DNA of 63,268 bases, filler included, from Folioceros fuciformis (taxonomy: Eukaryota), in NCBI GenBank assembly GCA_049999805.1. It is 9 parts of 9 records of this genome, joined end to end, with 100 filler letters (N's around TTAATTAATTAA, not from the genome) between each part and the next. Parts side by side here need not be neighbours in the genome. Positions count along the whole stretch, not along the records: positions 33,970 to 42,121 come from JBNGIO010003987.1; positions 42,222 to 47,125 come from JBNGIO010003988.1; 7 more parts are not named here. One strand, written 5' to 3'. This document shows, piece after piece, positions 36,486 through 47,225 of this stretch. The translations under genes were made by a program, and so were the position numbers. Numbering within the stretch: the first letter of the stretch is position 1; each line of letters starts with the position of its first letter. The notes under the pieces were generated by a model that saw only the letters and a list, made by a program, of their open reading frames with translations, was not told the origin of the DNA and ran no database searches.

Positions 36486-37027
36486 GAGAATTTGTCTTTA
36501 ATCACAATGTAGATGATCAATGTCTAAATTGAGCAACAATGAGGTGTGATTTTCAGCAAGGGACAGCCATGTTCACCACCTGCTTTAACAGGAAGTGATG
36601 ACCCCAGTCTTGGTTAGCTGGGGCCTCCACGGGTGGGTGAGGTCGAAGCAGGCGTTTTTGTGAGGAGAGCAGTATGAGGCAGGTGTGTTATATGGCGTCT
36701 AAGGGTCGTGAGAGACGGAGTCTTTTTAGGCTCGTGTTACGAAGGGACACCCAACATGATTTAGATTAAGAAATGAGTCCAGCCTTTGTCAAAATTTGCT
36801 TAGCAGATCAAGCACAGTCGATGTGCTTGATAAACTAAGCAGATCATATGTAATTTGATGCAAATGTCTATCCCTGATGCCTCCTATGGACGTCCTCCCT
36901 CGTTTGTCATCAGTTGCCTGAACCGAAAATGATGAATTGGCCCGTATCATCACCTCAACTGCCTAGCATGAGCAACAGGACTTCTCCAGCCTTAGAAGGA
37001 ATGTAGACAGAACTAAGCAGGTTGCTC

Positions 37028-40000
37028 TCAAAAAGGAGGGGAATCCATGGGTGCGGATGATGACGCAGTTCCAAAATGGCGGTGGTATTGATCTGCTTTG
37101 TTTATTAGTGGGACTCCAAGTTGTAGCAGTCGATGAATCAAGACGGTCTCCAGCTCGCTGGCCACACTCTTGTTTTCCACAATTAAGTACAAGAATGGAG
37201 CGTGCTTCAGAGCTTCCCCCTTCCTGTGTGTTGCAATGCGTCCACTGATGTTGTCAGTCTGTCCTACGTAGAATTTCCCATCGGGCCTTAACAGCATGTA
37301 AACGCAAGAGCGTCTGGTTGTGTCTGGCGGGGGCCACTGCCGAGCCCGAACCAGTTTACTCCGAGCGCGTGATGCCTGCGGGTCGATTTCTTCCAGCTTA
37401 CTCAAACAAGTAGCTTCAAAAGTTTCTTGTACGTCATCTATTGTGAAAAATCTTTGCACCTTCTGATGGAATCTAGAACTTGCTCCTGCTGAGAGTATGG
37501 CCTCGCCGTCACCCTGTGAGCTACCAGTAACACGACGTCCATCCGAGCCTACTGGTAACCTAGTCACCTGTGTCTCCGTTTCTGCTAAGCTGCGCGAGCT
37601 GCCATGACCCAATTCCTCGCCAAGGCTGTCTCCTGCAGTGGTCCTGGTTTCCCCCAGGTTCTGGATCTCGACTGGATGAAGGGCTGGAGAGGACCTAGAC
37701 CAGCTTTCCACATGTTTATGGTCAAGCTTTACACTTTCTGCAGGGAATTGCTTCTGTTGATGCTCTTTGAACAAGGTCTCGGCTCTGGCAACCACCTTGA
37801 CGGGAACTCCCTCCCTCCTTGCCATCTCAAATGCTAGACTCTCCCTGCAAACACCATCCACAAGTTTCCAAGTGGGCCTCACTTGACCCTGCACGACCGT
37901 AGTTCCCATGGCTTTTCGCACAACGTGTGTTACATTCAGTTGAAGATCCAGAAGGCCATGCAAATGGGTGGAAAGGACACCCATGCATCCTATGTGGTCG
38001 AGATGCTCGATCACACTAGCCGCTATGAAAGTTCCCTTTTGAACTTCCGTGCCTTTACACATCTCATCAGCCATAACCAAGCTCTGTCCCGTTGCCTCCA
38101 CAATAATACTACGGAGCTCTGACATCTCTATCTGGAAAGCACTTTTAGCATCTGCTGGACTGTCATGTGAAATCATACGCAGCATGATCGCATCATAGTG
38201 AGGCACTACTGCTGCTCTAGCTGGCACCAGCAGGCCACAATTAGCCAATAACGCAGCTGCGCAAATAGAACGCAGAAGACTAGACTTCCCACCTCCATTG
38301 GGACCAGTGAGCAGGAACATGGAATTCATCTCTACTGTATTTGGGACAGCAGAGTACAAAGCCTTGTCCAGCCAGTAAGGTACAAGATCAATGAGCTGCA
38401 GACTTGCAGTCTCCTGGAAGAATGCTCCTTGCTGTGCCTCCAAGCTCTGCTGCACTGTCTTATGGCCCTGCTCCCTTCTGACCAAATCTGGGAACACCCA
38501 CGATTGTCGTTTTCCTTCACGGACATGTGAAAAGAGAGCCTTTGCTATAATTGAAAATGCGGAAACGAAAACAACTGCGTTCATTTTCACTTTCAGAGTT
38601 TCAGCAAGCTCCCTCAGAAGTCCTATAACGGTTGATGCACTCAGGTCAGTTGCATTTTTGTACCTTTCCAGTGCGTCCTGCACCTTTTGTGTGGTGTGCC
38701 AATCTTCACCCGCCCTTTTCCCTTTGTTATCTAAAGCTGGTATCAGACGGAATATTTCAGCCTCCCCTCGTGTATCTGCGGCTATTAAGGGTTTGAAATG
38801 CTTTCCTTTGAACCAAACACTTTGATTCTCCCGATTGTAGCATATCTCAGCACGACAACCTAAGCTCCCTCCACTATTCGTCAGGGATCTTGTCCTCTGA
38901 ACAATGGGAAGGAAATCCTCAATGACTGCATCAGACAGTGCTGCTGCTGCCTCATCAACTTCCCTATAAACCTCTTCAGCTAGTCCCCGCCTCACCTTGC
39001 CTCTCCATTTCTGCTCCATGTCATAGAAGAAGTCTTCAGGGACATAGGGTGCCCTACTGTGTGCCTGTTCAGGATCCCCTTCAACAGCCAGAACTTTGCC
39101 TATCGAATGCACCAAGTATCGGCAATCCTCAACAAGTTGATTACGATCGAGGCGCAGCCCTGTGGCAAGCCAGACAGGATCCAGAAGCTCTTCTAGAATT
39201 GGACCGAGTACTGCACTGTTGTGCATATCAAGGATATCCTCTGCCATGTATTGGATTCGAGAGAAAACCATTTTGTTAGCCTCCTGTGCTCCAATCAGTT
39301 TAACTAGTTTTGCTGAGGAGACACAAGTGAAATCCGGAATGGCTGACTGTACAAGGTCCATTTTCTTACACGCTGCTTGAATCCGCTGGGCAACGGCAAA
39401 TGGTGGTGGGTTCAGCAACAGGTCTCGTATGTAAGCTACACAAAGCCCGTTGGTATCCTCAGGAAGCAAGACTTTTGGCAAGCTGGGAACCCCAGGAGTT
39501 GATAGAATGCCAATTTGGGAAGCGGTACCCACGTAAAGAGGTCTTGGCCTTTCTCCTGCAGGAGGAACTATTTTCCTGAAGTCCTCCCACTGCCCCAGGT
39601 CATACAGCTCTTTCACTTTGGATAGCAGCTCCTCAACCGAGTCATTGCTATACCACTCAAACTGTTTGCCATTGCACTCAGCCCAAAGCAAACCACCCTC
39701 ACCGTAAGCCCCCCAGCGCACAGTACCAGAGCCATCATCCTTCAAAGATCGATGCAGGTACAGTCTTTGGGACCTTTTTGATCGAAGCTTTGCCACAACA
39801 GCTTCCTCTGTAAGTCCATCCTCCACGGAATACGTTTTCATGATCTCTAACACCGAAATGAAGCAGTAGCCCCTGGTGGACTTGGAGATACCAATAACAG
39901 GTTCAGGATCGACAAATTCTAAGTCAACATCACCCCCAGCAAGCCCATAAACGTAAGGGCTGCCTGGATGTGCATGCCCACCCACAAAGCGTTCCTTACG

Positions 40001-40924
40001 CGTGCGGGCCTGACTCGGACCCTGAACTTCTTCCATGATGCAAACCGAAAATCCTTGCGTGGTAAGACAATCGAGTGTATGACGTAGATTCACAATAGGA
40101 CATCCAGCCTTGGGGGTCGAATTACCTCGTAGTCCTCCCATTGGGTTCAGCGCTGCATATTCTATCAGCATGCAGGCGTCAAATCCAATGCACTCATAAA
40201 ATTCTCCAACCCTGCACATCAGAACCTCACGAGGAAACTTCCTCTTCACCTCCAAAAGGTCGGAGTTCAAAGATCCATCCTTGAGAGTACCATTTTTGAG
40301 TCCATTATCTATACCCAACAGATTAGTGTAAGTCAGGCGCTTGATCATCTCCACAGTTGATGGTTTTGTGCAGGCTTTCATCCTCATTTCCCACCACTGA
40401 ATATGAAAAGCATCCCCTACATTGTTAAGTCCTGCACTCTGCGATTCCTGAGACTTGCGGACCCGCTTTCGTGTGCCAGTCCCAGCTACTGCCGAGCTCA
40501 AACTTGCGCTCACGCTACCAGTCCTAAAACTTCTACAACCTTTCGGGCACCCAACCTGATCCAATCTCTGGTTCCAGTGCTGCTGCTTGCAGGGACAAAG
40601 AAGAAACCGAGGCAAATAGCCACGTCTGCTACCAGAAAACCATTCACGCAACACAGCTGATCCCAGCTGCCGTAAAGGCCTAACTGCAACCACCCCACTG
40701 CCTCTGACCACCACAGGCGTACGTCGATGAACAGAAGTTCCTTCCCAGGAGGGCTCTTTCAGAACCCCTCCACCGATTCTGCACCTGCAGATCAGAGAGC
40801 AGGCAGCCCATGCCTGGGCTGCTCCCACAACCGTCATTGCCACTCTTTTGTTCGTGTCTGCGTACAAAACACCACCTGACGTCATGGAACTGGCTGGATA
40901 TGTCAGAAGACTCCTCAGATTCAT
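37028..40924 (-). CDS. MSH1: MutS homolog 1 (organellar MutS with C-terminal GIY-YIG endonuclease), intronless
   Basis: One continuous ~1300-codon ORF. It has a transit-peptide-like N-terminus, mismatch-binding RVGEFYE, GHAHPGSPYVYGL, Walker A GPNGGGKS, Walker B ADEMCKGTE, STHLH and GIY-YIG CVYMLLRPDGKFYVGQTD. The start codon could be one of the first few ATGs. Confidence 0.96.
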   Translation of the reverse strand: MNLRSLLTYPASSMTSGGVLYADTNKRVAMTVVGAAQAWAACSLICRCRIGGGVLKEPSWEGTSVHRRTPVVVRGSGVVAVRPLRQLGSAVLREWFSGSRRGYLPRFLLCPCKQQHWNQRLDQVGCPKGCRSFRTGSVSASLSSAVAGTGTRKRVRKSQESQSAGLNNVGDAFHIQWWEMRMKACTKPSTVEMIKRLTYTNLLGIDNGLKNGTLKDGSLNSDLLEVKRKFPREVLMCRVGEFYECIGFDACMLIEYAALNPMGGLRGNSTPKAGCPIVNLRHTLDCLTTQGFSVCIMEEVQGPSQARTRKERFVGGHAHPGSPYVYGLAGGDVDLEFVDPEPVIGISKSTRGYCFISVLEIMKTYSVEDGLTEEAVVAKLRSKRSQRLYLHRSLKDDGSGTVRWGAYGEGGLLWAECNGKQFEWYSNDSVEELLSKVKELYDLGQWEDFRKIVPPAGERPRPLYVGTASQIGILSTPGVPSLPKVLLPEDTNGLCVAYIRDLLLNPPPFAVAQRIQAACKKMDLVQSAIPDFTCVSSAKLVKLIGAQEANKMVFSRIQYMAEDILDMHNSAVLGPILEELLDPVWLATGLRLDRNQLVEDCRYLVHSIGKVLAVEGDPEQAHSRAPYVPEDFFYDMEQKWRGKVRRGLAEEVYREVDEAAAALSDAVIEDFLPIVQRTRSLTNSGGSLGCRAEICYNRENQSVWFKGKHFKPLIAADTRGEAEIFRLIPALDNKGKRAGEDWHTTQKVQDALERYKNATDLSASTVIGLLRELAETLKVKMNAVVFVSAFSIIAKALFSHVREGKRQSWVFPDLVRREQGHKTVQQSLEAQQGAFFQETASLQLIDLVPYWLDKALYSAVPNTVEMNSMFLLTGPNGGGKSSLLRSICAAALLANCGLLVPARAAVVPHYDAIMLRMISHDSPADAKSAFQIEMSELRSIIVEATGQSLVMADEMCKGTEVQKGTFIAASVIEHLDHIGCMGVLSTHLHGLLDLQLNVTHVVRKAMGTTVVQGQVRPTWKLVDGVCRESLAFEMARREGVPVKVVARAETLFKEHQQKQFPAESVKLDHKHVESWSRSSPALHPVEIQNLGETRTTAGDSLGEELGHGSSRSLAETETQVTRLPVGSDGRRVTGSSQGDGEAILSAGASSRFHQKVQRFFTIDDVQETFEATCLSKLEEIDPQASRARSKLVRARQWPPPDTTRRSCVYMLLRPDGKFYVGQTDNISGRIATHRKGEALKHAPFLYLIVENKSVASELETVLIHRLLQLGVPLINKADQYHRHFGTASSSAPMDSPPF

Positions 40925-42221
40925 CAACGCCTCCAACTGGAACTCAACTCAAAACGTTGTTTCCAGCTCAGTGACCCCAACCATGCCTCGAATTCCCAAC
41001 ATCGCTACTACGGGGAACAGTCTAATCCAAGAGCTATGCTGCGAGGCACAGGCCTTCACCATAATGTGGACAAGCATACAAGCCAAACTGGCCTCATGAA
41101 ATGGCGAAACAAGAAAAAGAAAAGAAAGGGCAGCTGTGAAGCTCTGCCGGCTTGCAAGCAGAAGGTATGTGAGCCCTGCCTGCGAGCTGGTTTGCAGAAA
41201 TGCTTCACGGCAGCTGAGGAGCAAAGGCTGGGAATCAAAGCATAAGACTAGCCTAGCTCCTTGTGAGGAAAAAACCATAAGAGCGAAGAGAGGAGCTGAA
41301 ATCTCACAGGCAAGATCGAGGACGCGGCGTCACCGGAGGTTGAGGCATTATCCCCACTCCCGCGGTGGTGCAATGCACAGCGCGGGAGAGATGCCTTCCA
41401 CGCTCGGTGAAGTGATGCACCAGAGTTACAGTGACCGGCGGCTACGGTTACGCCGCCGGTCGCTGCGAGTATGTCACCGTCCTGTCAGTCGTTTTCATGG
41501 GAGTGAGCACCAAGCTGATACTGATCAAGTACATACCATGCGATGGTCGTCTCATTATCCAGAAGTCAGGAGACGAACTAGTACTGTACATATTTGAAAG
41601 GCTTGACAACAATACTGGGTAGGTCCGGAAACAGGCTCCCGCTGTGGCTAGTACTGATCGCATGACCAGACGATGGAAAGAGCACTAATGCAAAACTAAA
41701 AGCGCCGAGGCAAGTTTTTAGTCGCACCCATCACCGAACAGAAACACAGTCCTGTCTCTACAGCGTGCAGACGCATATAAGACATCAACCGACGCAATTC
41801 TAACACATCCTTGCCTCAAGGACGATCCTCACTGCATATCCCAGACATGGTTTGAGTTCGGAGAGTAAAGCCATACGGAGGTCAAATCAAGGTGACATGC
41901 CTCCTAACAGAACGAAACACAGCAGCTTACTTCCTGAGCTGGGCACGTATGGACTCCATATCCGGGAACGCTCCAGGAGTGAGTGAGCTCCTTCTTGGGG
42001 AGCGTTCTGGTGATGTATCAGAATCTGACGAAGACAGCGAGAGGTCCCGACTACTGGTGGGTAAGGGCTTGTTGAAAGATGGAGATACTTCAACCGATGG
42101 GGGAGGACGTTGAGGGGGAGGNNNNNNNNNNNNNNNNNNNNNNNNNNNNNNNNNNNNNNNNNNNNTTAATTAATTAANNNNNNNNNNNNNNNNNNNNNNN
42201 NNNNNNNNNNNNNNNNNNNNN

Positions 42222-43082
42222 ATACGTATTGATACGTATACCCGTATTTCTTCTTTTTATTTTCCTAATTTCCCCTTCTCTATTTTCACCCCTATTTTTT
42301 TGGATTTAATTCCAGAAATTCCAATTCAACTCTGTTTTACCTGCTTTCTTTTCCTCCTAGTTCGGGGCCTCCCCCAGCACCCCAGGGTTAGTCTTCCATG
42401 GCCGAGGAACCATTTGGGCTGGAAGCTGAACCCGCTGAATAAGCTACCGTTTTCAGGCCAGGTTTCGGGTGTTGATCCTATTGCCTCCCACCTCCTCTCT
42501 ATCTTTCCCACTTCTCATACTTCTCCCCTGGAGGCTGGCTCAGCCACCAAGGGTGAACAATTGCAGGTGAAGACTTAGCGGGCAGCCATCCAGCAAGGAA
42601 GAGGCGGTGTCCGCATATCTTTGAAGATCAAACATCCTCCGAAGTCTCAGGATAGTCTAAGAGGTGGTAGATCCTTGTGGTGGTAGGGCTAGGAGCCCAT
42701 TGGTGGCAGGATGTGCTAGAAGTCTAAATAACTGGCTGGTGATAGCCGGCTAGGCTAGTGGTCCTATTAAAATAATATTTCTCAAGTTAGAGAGAGATGA
42801 AGTCAGAGAGAGAGAGAGGCTCCTATAAGATCAGGTGAGCCTGGAGGAGGAGGGAGTCATTCACTTTGGGAGTCAGTCTGTCACTTCGTGAGCTCTTCGG
42901 GAGCTCTTAGAGCCCTCGAATCCATCATCGAGTCAATCAAGTCTGACCCTCCATCCACAGCAGCAAGGAACCCCATCGCTCCTTCGTGGGAACGAAACCC
43001 AATGTCTCAACGACAGTGGGATAAGTGTGGCCACTAAAGGTGGAACCCGTTGGCAATCAGTGCCCGGGGTTTTGCCTCCACA
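42222..43082 (+). mobile_element. LTR-like dispersed repeat, copy 3 (5' end lost in gap, internal deletion)
   Basis: Similar to 19290-19950 and 20430-20540. Ends GTTTTGCCTCCACA, abutting a copia RNase H remnant. Confidence 0.75.
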
Positions 43083-43595
43083 TTTTTGGCGCAGCTTGGG
43101 TAGCCTCTTAGTAAATATATTTGGAGCATTTTCCTCAGTAGCGTCATAGGTGGCCATAACTACATCCTGCTCAACAACATCATGGATGTAATGGTGCTGA
43201 ATTTCAATGTGTTTTGTTCTAGCATGAAACTTAGGGTTCGCAACCAGGGCCAGAGCTAACATGTTGTTGCAATCTAGGGGCGTGGGAGAATCCTGCTTCT
43301 GGTCTATGTATGTGAGGTAAGGTCTTTCCCACTCTGCCTCCTTAGCAGCATCGATGAGCGATTGGTACTTTGCTTCTGTGGAGGAAAGGGCGATGGAGGA
43401 TTGCTTCTTACAACTCCAGTTGACGACTGCTTAGGATAAGGGGAAACAATGGGCACTAAGGCTCTTTCGCAAATCAAGGTCAAAAGCCCAATTTGTGTCG
43501 GTGTACCTCGTAAGTACCAGCTTTCTTATGCCTTGACTTTTGTAGGCTAGGCCATAGGTGAGGGTGCCTTTGACGTGGCGAAATATTCTTTTAAC
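43083..43595 (-). mobile_element. Ty1/copia RT-RNase H remnant
   Basis: Minus-strand peptides VKRIFRHVKGT, VNWSCKKQSSIALSSTEAKY and ANPKFHARTKHIEIQHHYI. Confidence 0.85.
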
Positions 43596-43604
43596 ACACA
43601 AAAC

Positions 43605-43890
43605 CTAGATGTAACCTAACTTAGGTCTGACCTAACCTGGATCTGACCTAAACCTAACCTAGGTCTGACCTAGACCTAACCTAGGTCTGACCTAGACCNN
43701 NNNNNNNNTAGGTCTGACCTAGACCTAACCTAGGTCTGACCTAGACCTAACCTAGATCTGACCTAGACCTAACCTAGGTCTAACCTAGACCTAACCTAGG
43801 TCTGACCTAAACCTAACCTAGGCTAGGCTAAACCTAATGAGACCTAGACCTAATCAGATCTAAACCTAATCAGACCTAGACCTAATTCCA
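43605..43890. repeat. 22-bp minisatellite (CCTAGGTCTGACCTAGACCTAA)n, with gap
   Basis: Direct reading of the repeated unit and its degenerate flanks. Confidence 0.85.
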
Positions 43891-43934
43891 ACCAAGAACC
43901 CTAACTCTAACCTACCCTAATTGCTCGTTACCCC

Positions 43935-44620
43935 TTGACACCATTAGCTGCCCTCTACCCCAAAATCATCAACCCCTCACAACTACCACAAATCAGGGCT
44001 GCTTCTCATTCCCCCTTCTCCTCTCCCGGATGGTATCATCTCCTGCCCTCCGACCATCCTGCATTCTTCAGAGTCTTCCATCTTCAGGTTCCCCCTCCAT
44101 TCTGCCAGTCAAAATCCCTGTCCCGACAAAACCACCATCTAGCGCCCCTAGGATGAGCACCTTGCAAGTTGGAGATGACACCCCCCCAATCTTTGTCAAC
44201 ATAACCATCACTGGGCTTCCCACCCACTAGCAGCACGCCTATGCCAGACTTCCAGTCTATAAGCAACCAGGCTTGCTACTAATGGATGGAAAGCCGAATG
44301 CCGCTTATGTCCTATTTCTGGATGGGTTAGGTTGCCAATACCTCTGCTCGTCCGCAAACCTCCTCCTGGATGCCTTATCCTCCAACCCCTGTTTAGGCCA
44401 CTATAATCCCCTTGAACTGGACATGGACCCCGAGACTGGCCACAACCCAACCAAGCAACCGTCCAGTCCCTTTGACCTTCTCGTCAGGGCTTAGGCCAGA
44501 GTGCAGCAACTCATCAGCATGCCATATCCGTAATCCGCACTTTTGGAGATCCTTCAGAATGTCTAGCAAAACTTGTGGCAGGGTAGACTACTTCAGAGAG
44601 GAATGCGTCACCAGCTGCCC
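43935..44620 (+). mobile_element. Possible decayed LINE ORF1 or gag-like remnant
   Basis: Broken ORF ending in a degenerate zinc-knuckle-like motif (SKTCGRVDYFREEC). Weak evidence. Confidence 0.3.
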
Positions 44621-45269
44621 ATGCTCGCGCTCATGGCTTTGATCCTTCTCAACCTCCTCACAAGTAGTCGTCCGCTTAACTCCATCCCCAGAACTTTACG
44701 GAGTCCACACTGTTTTCACCCTCACCGACTAGGAGGGCTTCCACATCAGGCTACTGCTGCAAAATGGGGCATTCAAAAGAGATCAAACAAATCCCCTTAC
44801 AATCTTTCACCAGCTGCGGCCGTAGCTTCGTCGTGTAGAGGCTGATGTAGGACAGCCTGGATATGAGGCATGCAAAGGGCACCCCCAGCCTAGTTATCAT
44901 GCCCCTTCAGGGTCGTCCCATGCACGGAACTCAACCCCCCCTGCCTTGCACTAGTCTCATTTTGACAGCCCGTCATGCCCAAATCGGTCTAGACTGCTAC
45001 CCTAGTGTGCCACAGGCAACAGAAGTAGACACGGACTTCTGGACTCTGCATCAGGCGCCTTGCCGGCCTTGCCCGTGCCCCGCCGCCCACAATTGCTTGC
45101 TGTAGCCCAACCGTCCTGCCAACCCCGGATCTGACCACCCGTAGCCAGCGGTTGTGATTGCCGACCTGCCTGGATCCATTGTCTCCCAGCCCGCCTGGTC
45201 TACCGATTCGACCTCCCGACCAGTTGGATCTGCCAGCCCATCCTCCCCGCTGAACCCGGCTAGGGCCTC

Positions 45270-45548
45270 CTTCTTGCTATCCTCGGGAAGCTTGATGTCA
45301 AGCGCGGAAATGTTCTCCTCAAAATTGTGCACCTTAGTTGTCCTTGGAATGGGCCCCACATCATCTCCCTTGTGATGGACCCACGCAAGCGCCAACTGGC
45401 CGGGTGTCTTCCCCCTCTTCCACCAGCTTCTTCATCTCCCCTACCATGGCTTCGATGAGCATGATGGTGTTGACGCGGTGCTAATAGTAGGAATCGATGT
45501 AGTCAACACCCAGCCGCTTCGAACTCACCTCCAGCGCCTCCCGCGCAT
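45270..45548 (-). pseudogene. Aldo-keto reductase fragment with internal deletion
   Basis: REALEVSSKRLGVDYIDSYY*HRV...[10 protein letters not shown] is fused directly to [26 protein letters not shown]...[10 protein letters not shown]. It is truncated by the LTR-like repeat at 45549. Confidence 0.85.
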
Positions 45549-47125
45549 TGTGGAGGCAAAACCCCGGGCACTGATTGCCAACGGGTTCCACCTTTAGTGG
45601 CCACACTTATCCCACTGTCGTTGAGACATTCGGTTTCGTTACCACGAAGGAGCGATGGGGTTCCTTGCTGTTGTGGATGGAGGGTCGGACTTGATCAACT
45701 CGATGATGGATTCGAGGGCTCCCCTCCAGCTCCGATCAGGCGTAGGACAGACCTTGCTGTCCGGCGGTCAGCTGCACCTCTCTCGGTGCCCACAAACTCA
45801 CTCCAATCACTACAACGACTCTAACCTCTCAGATCTGCGACTTCCCTCACACACTTCACTCACTCTCTCACTCCAGCACCAACACCAGCAACTAACAATG
45901 ACACCACTACCTTCTACACTTCCCTACTGACTCCTCCTACCCGGCAAGAGTCACTAGACTAACCCCAAACGAAAGGAAGAAGGGAACACACTCCCCTCTT
46001 GGATATCTCCCCCCTACAACCTTACCAAACGCCATGAAACATGGCCGGCCTACAACACTTGTCCGAGCAAGGAACAGGAGTGGACAAGTTGAGAGAAAGA
46101 CACATCCTTTACAATCAAGAGCTAGGGGCAAGCCCCTTCACCCTGGTCATTACACCTTGTGATCCTACCAGACACTATACAACCGGCAACACACTGCCCG
46201 CGATCCTACCAGACACTGTACAGCCGGCAACACGCTGCCTACGATCCTACCAGACACTGTACAACCGGCAACACGCGGCTTGCGATCCTACCAGACGTTG
46301 CACAGCCGGCAACACACTGCAGGTCCTAAACCAAGCAGGGACAGACCACAAGAGCTCATGAAGAGAGGACCTCCAAGAGCTCACGAAGAGATAGACTGAC
46401 TCCCAAAGTGAATGACTCCCTCCTCTTACAGGCTCACCTAATCTTATAGGAGCCTCTCTCTCTCTCTCTGACTTCACCTCTCTCTAACTTGAGAAATACT
46501 ATTTTAATAGCCTAGCCGGTTGTCACCAGCCACTTATTTAGACTTCTAGCACAACCTGCCACAAGTGAGCTCTTGGCCCTACCACCACAAGGATCTACCA
46601 CCTCTTAGACTATCCAGAGACTTCAGAGGATGTCTAATCAGATCTGCGGACGCTGCCTCTTCCTTGCTGGATGGTCGCCCGCTAAGTCTTCCCCTGCAAC
46701 TGTTCGCCCTTGGTGGCTGAGCCAGCCTCTAGGGGAGGAGCATGAGCAATGGGAAAGAAGAGAAGAGGTGGGAAGGAGTGGGATCAGCAGCCGGAACCTG
46801 GCCTGAAAATGGTAGCTTATTCAGCGGGATCAGCTTCCAGCCGAAATGGTTCCTCAGCCATGGAAGACTGACCCTGGGGTGCTGCGGAAGGCCCTGAACT
46901 AAGAGGAAAAGAAAGCAGGTGAAACGGAGTTGAATTGGAATTTCTGGAATTAAATCCAGAAAAATAGGGATGAAAATGGAAAAGGGGAAATTAGGAAAAT
47001 AAAAGGAAAAGAAATACGAGAATACGTATACGGTATATGTATCAGTACGTATTAAATATGTATCTAAACCGTATAAAATACAAGGGGGTATACGTATACG
47101 GACCGTATATGGTCTCTAAAAAAAA
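45549..47125 (-). mobile_element. LTR-like dispersed repeat, copy 4 (inverted relative to the other copies)
   Basis: Plus strand starts TGTGGAGGCAAAACCCCGGGC, the reverse complement of the shared terminus. It matches 42222-43082 and 19200-20540 in reverse. Confidence 0.8.
46161..46320. repeat. 41-bp tandem repeat, 4 copies, inside LTR-like copy 4
   Basis: GATCCTACCAGAC...CCGGCAACAC starts at 46161, 46202, 46243 and 46284. Copy 1 carries only a single unit. Confidence 0.9.
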
Positions 47126-47225
47126 NNNNNNNNNNNNNNNNNNNNNNNNNNNNNNNNNNNNNNNNNNNNTTAATTAATTAANNNNNNNNNNNNNNNNNNN
47201 NNNNNNNNNNNNNNNNNNNNNNNNN

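Noticed and set aside
25707..40924. Apparent genome-stability cluster (RMI2, EBS-like, MSH1)
   Set aside because: RMI2 and MSH1 are on different scaffolds separated by artificial linkers, and they act in different compartments.
37028..40924. MSH1 as a viral or bacterial contaminant because it lacks introns
   Set aside because: It has plant MSH1-type motifs and a transit-peptide-like leader, and it shares a scaffold with a spliced plant gene and a eukaryotic tRNA.
41136..41663. ORFs upstream of MSH1
   Set aside because: Overlapping short frames with no recognisable motif or splice support.
43605..43890. Telomeric repeat
   Set aside because: The unit is a 22-bp CCTAG/CCTAA composite, not (CCCTAAA)n.
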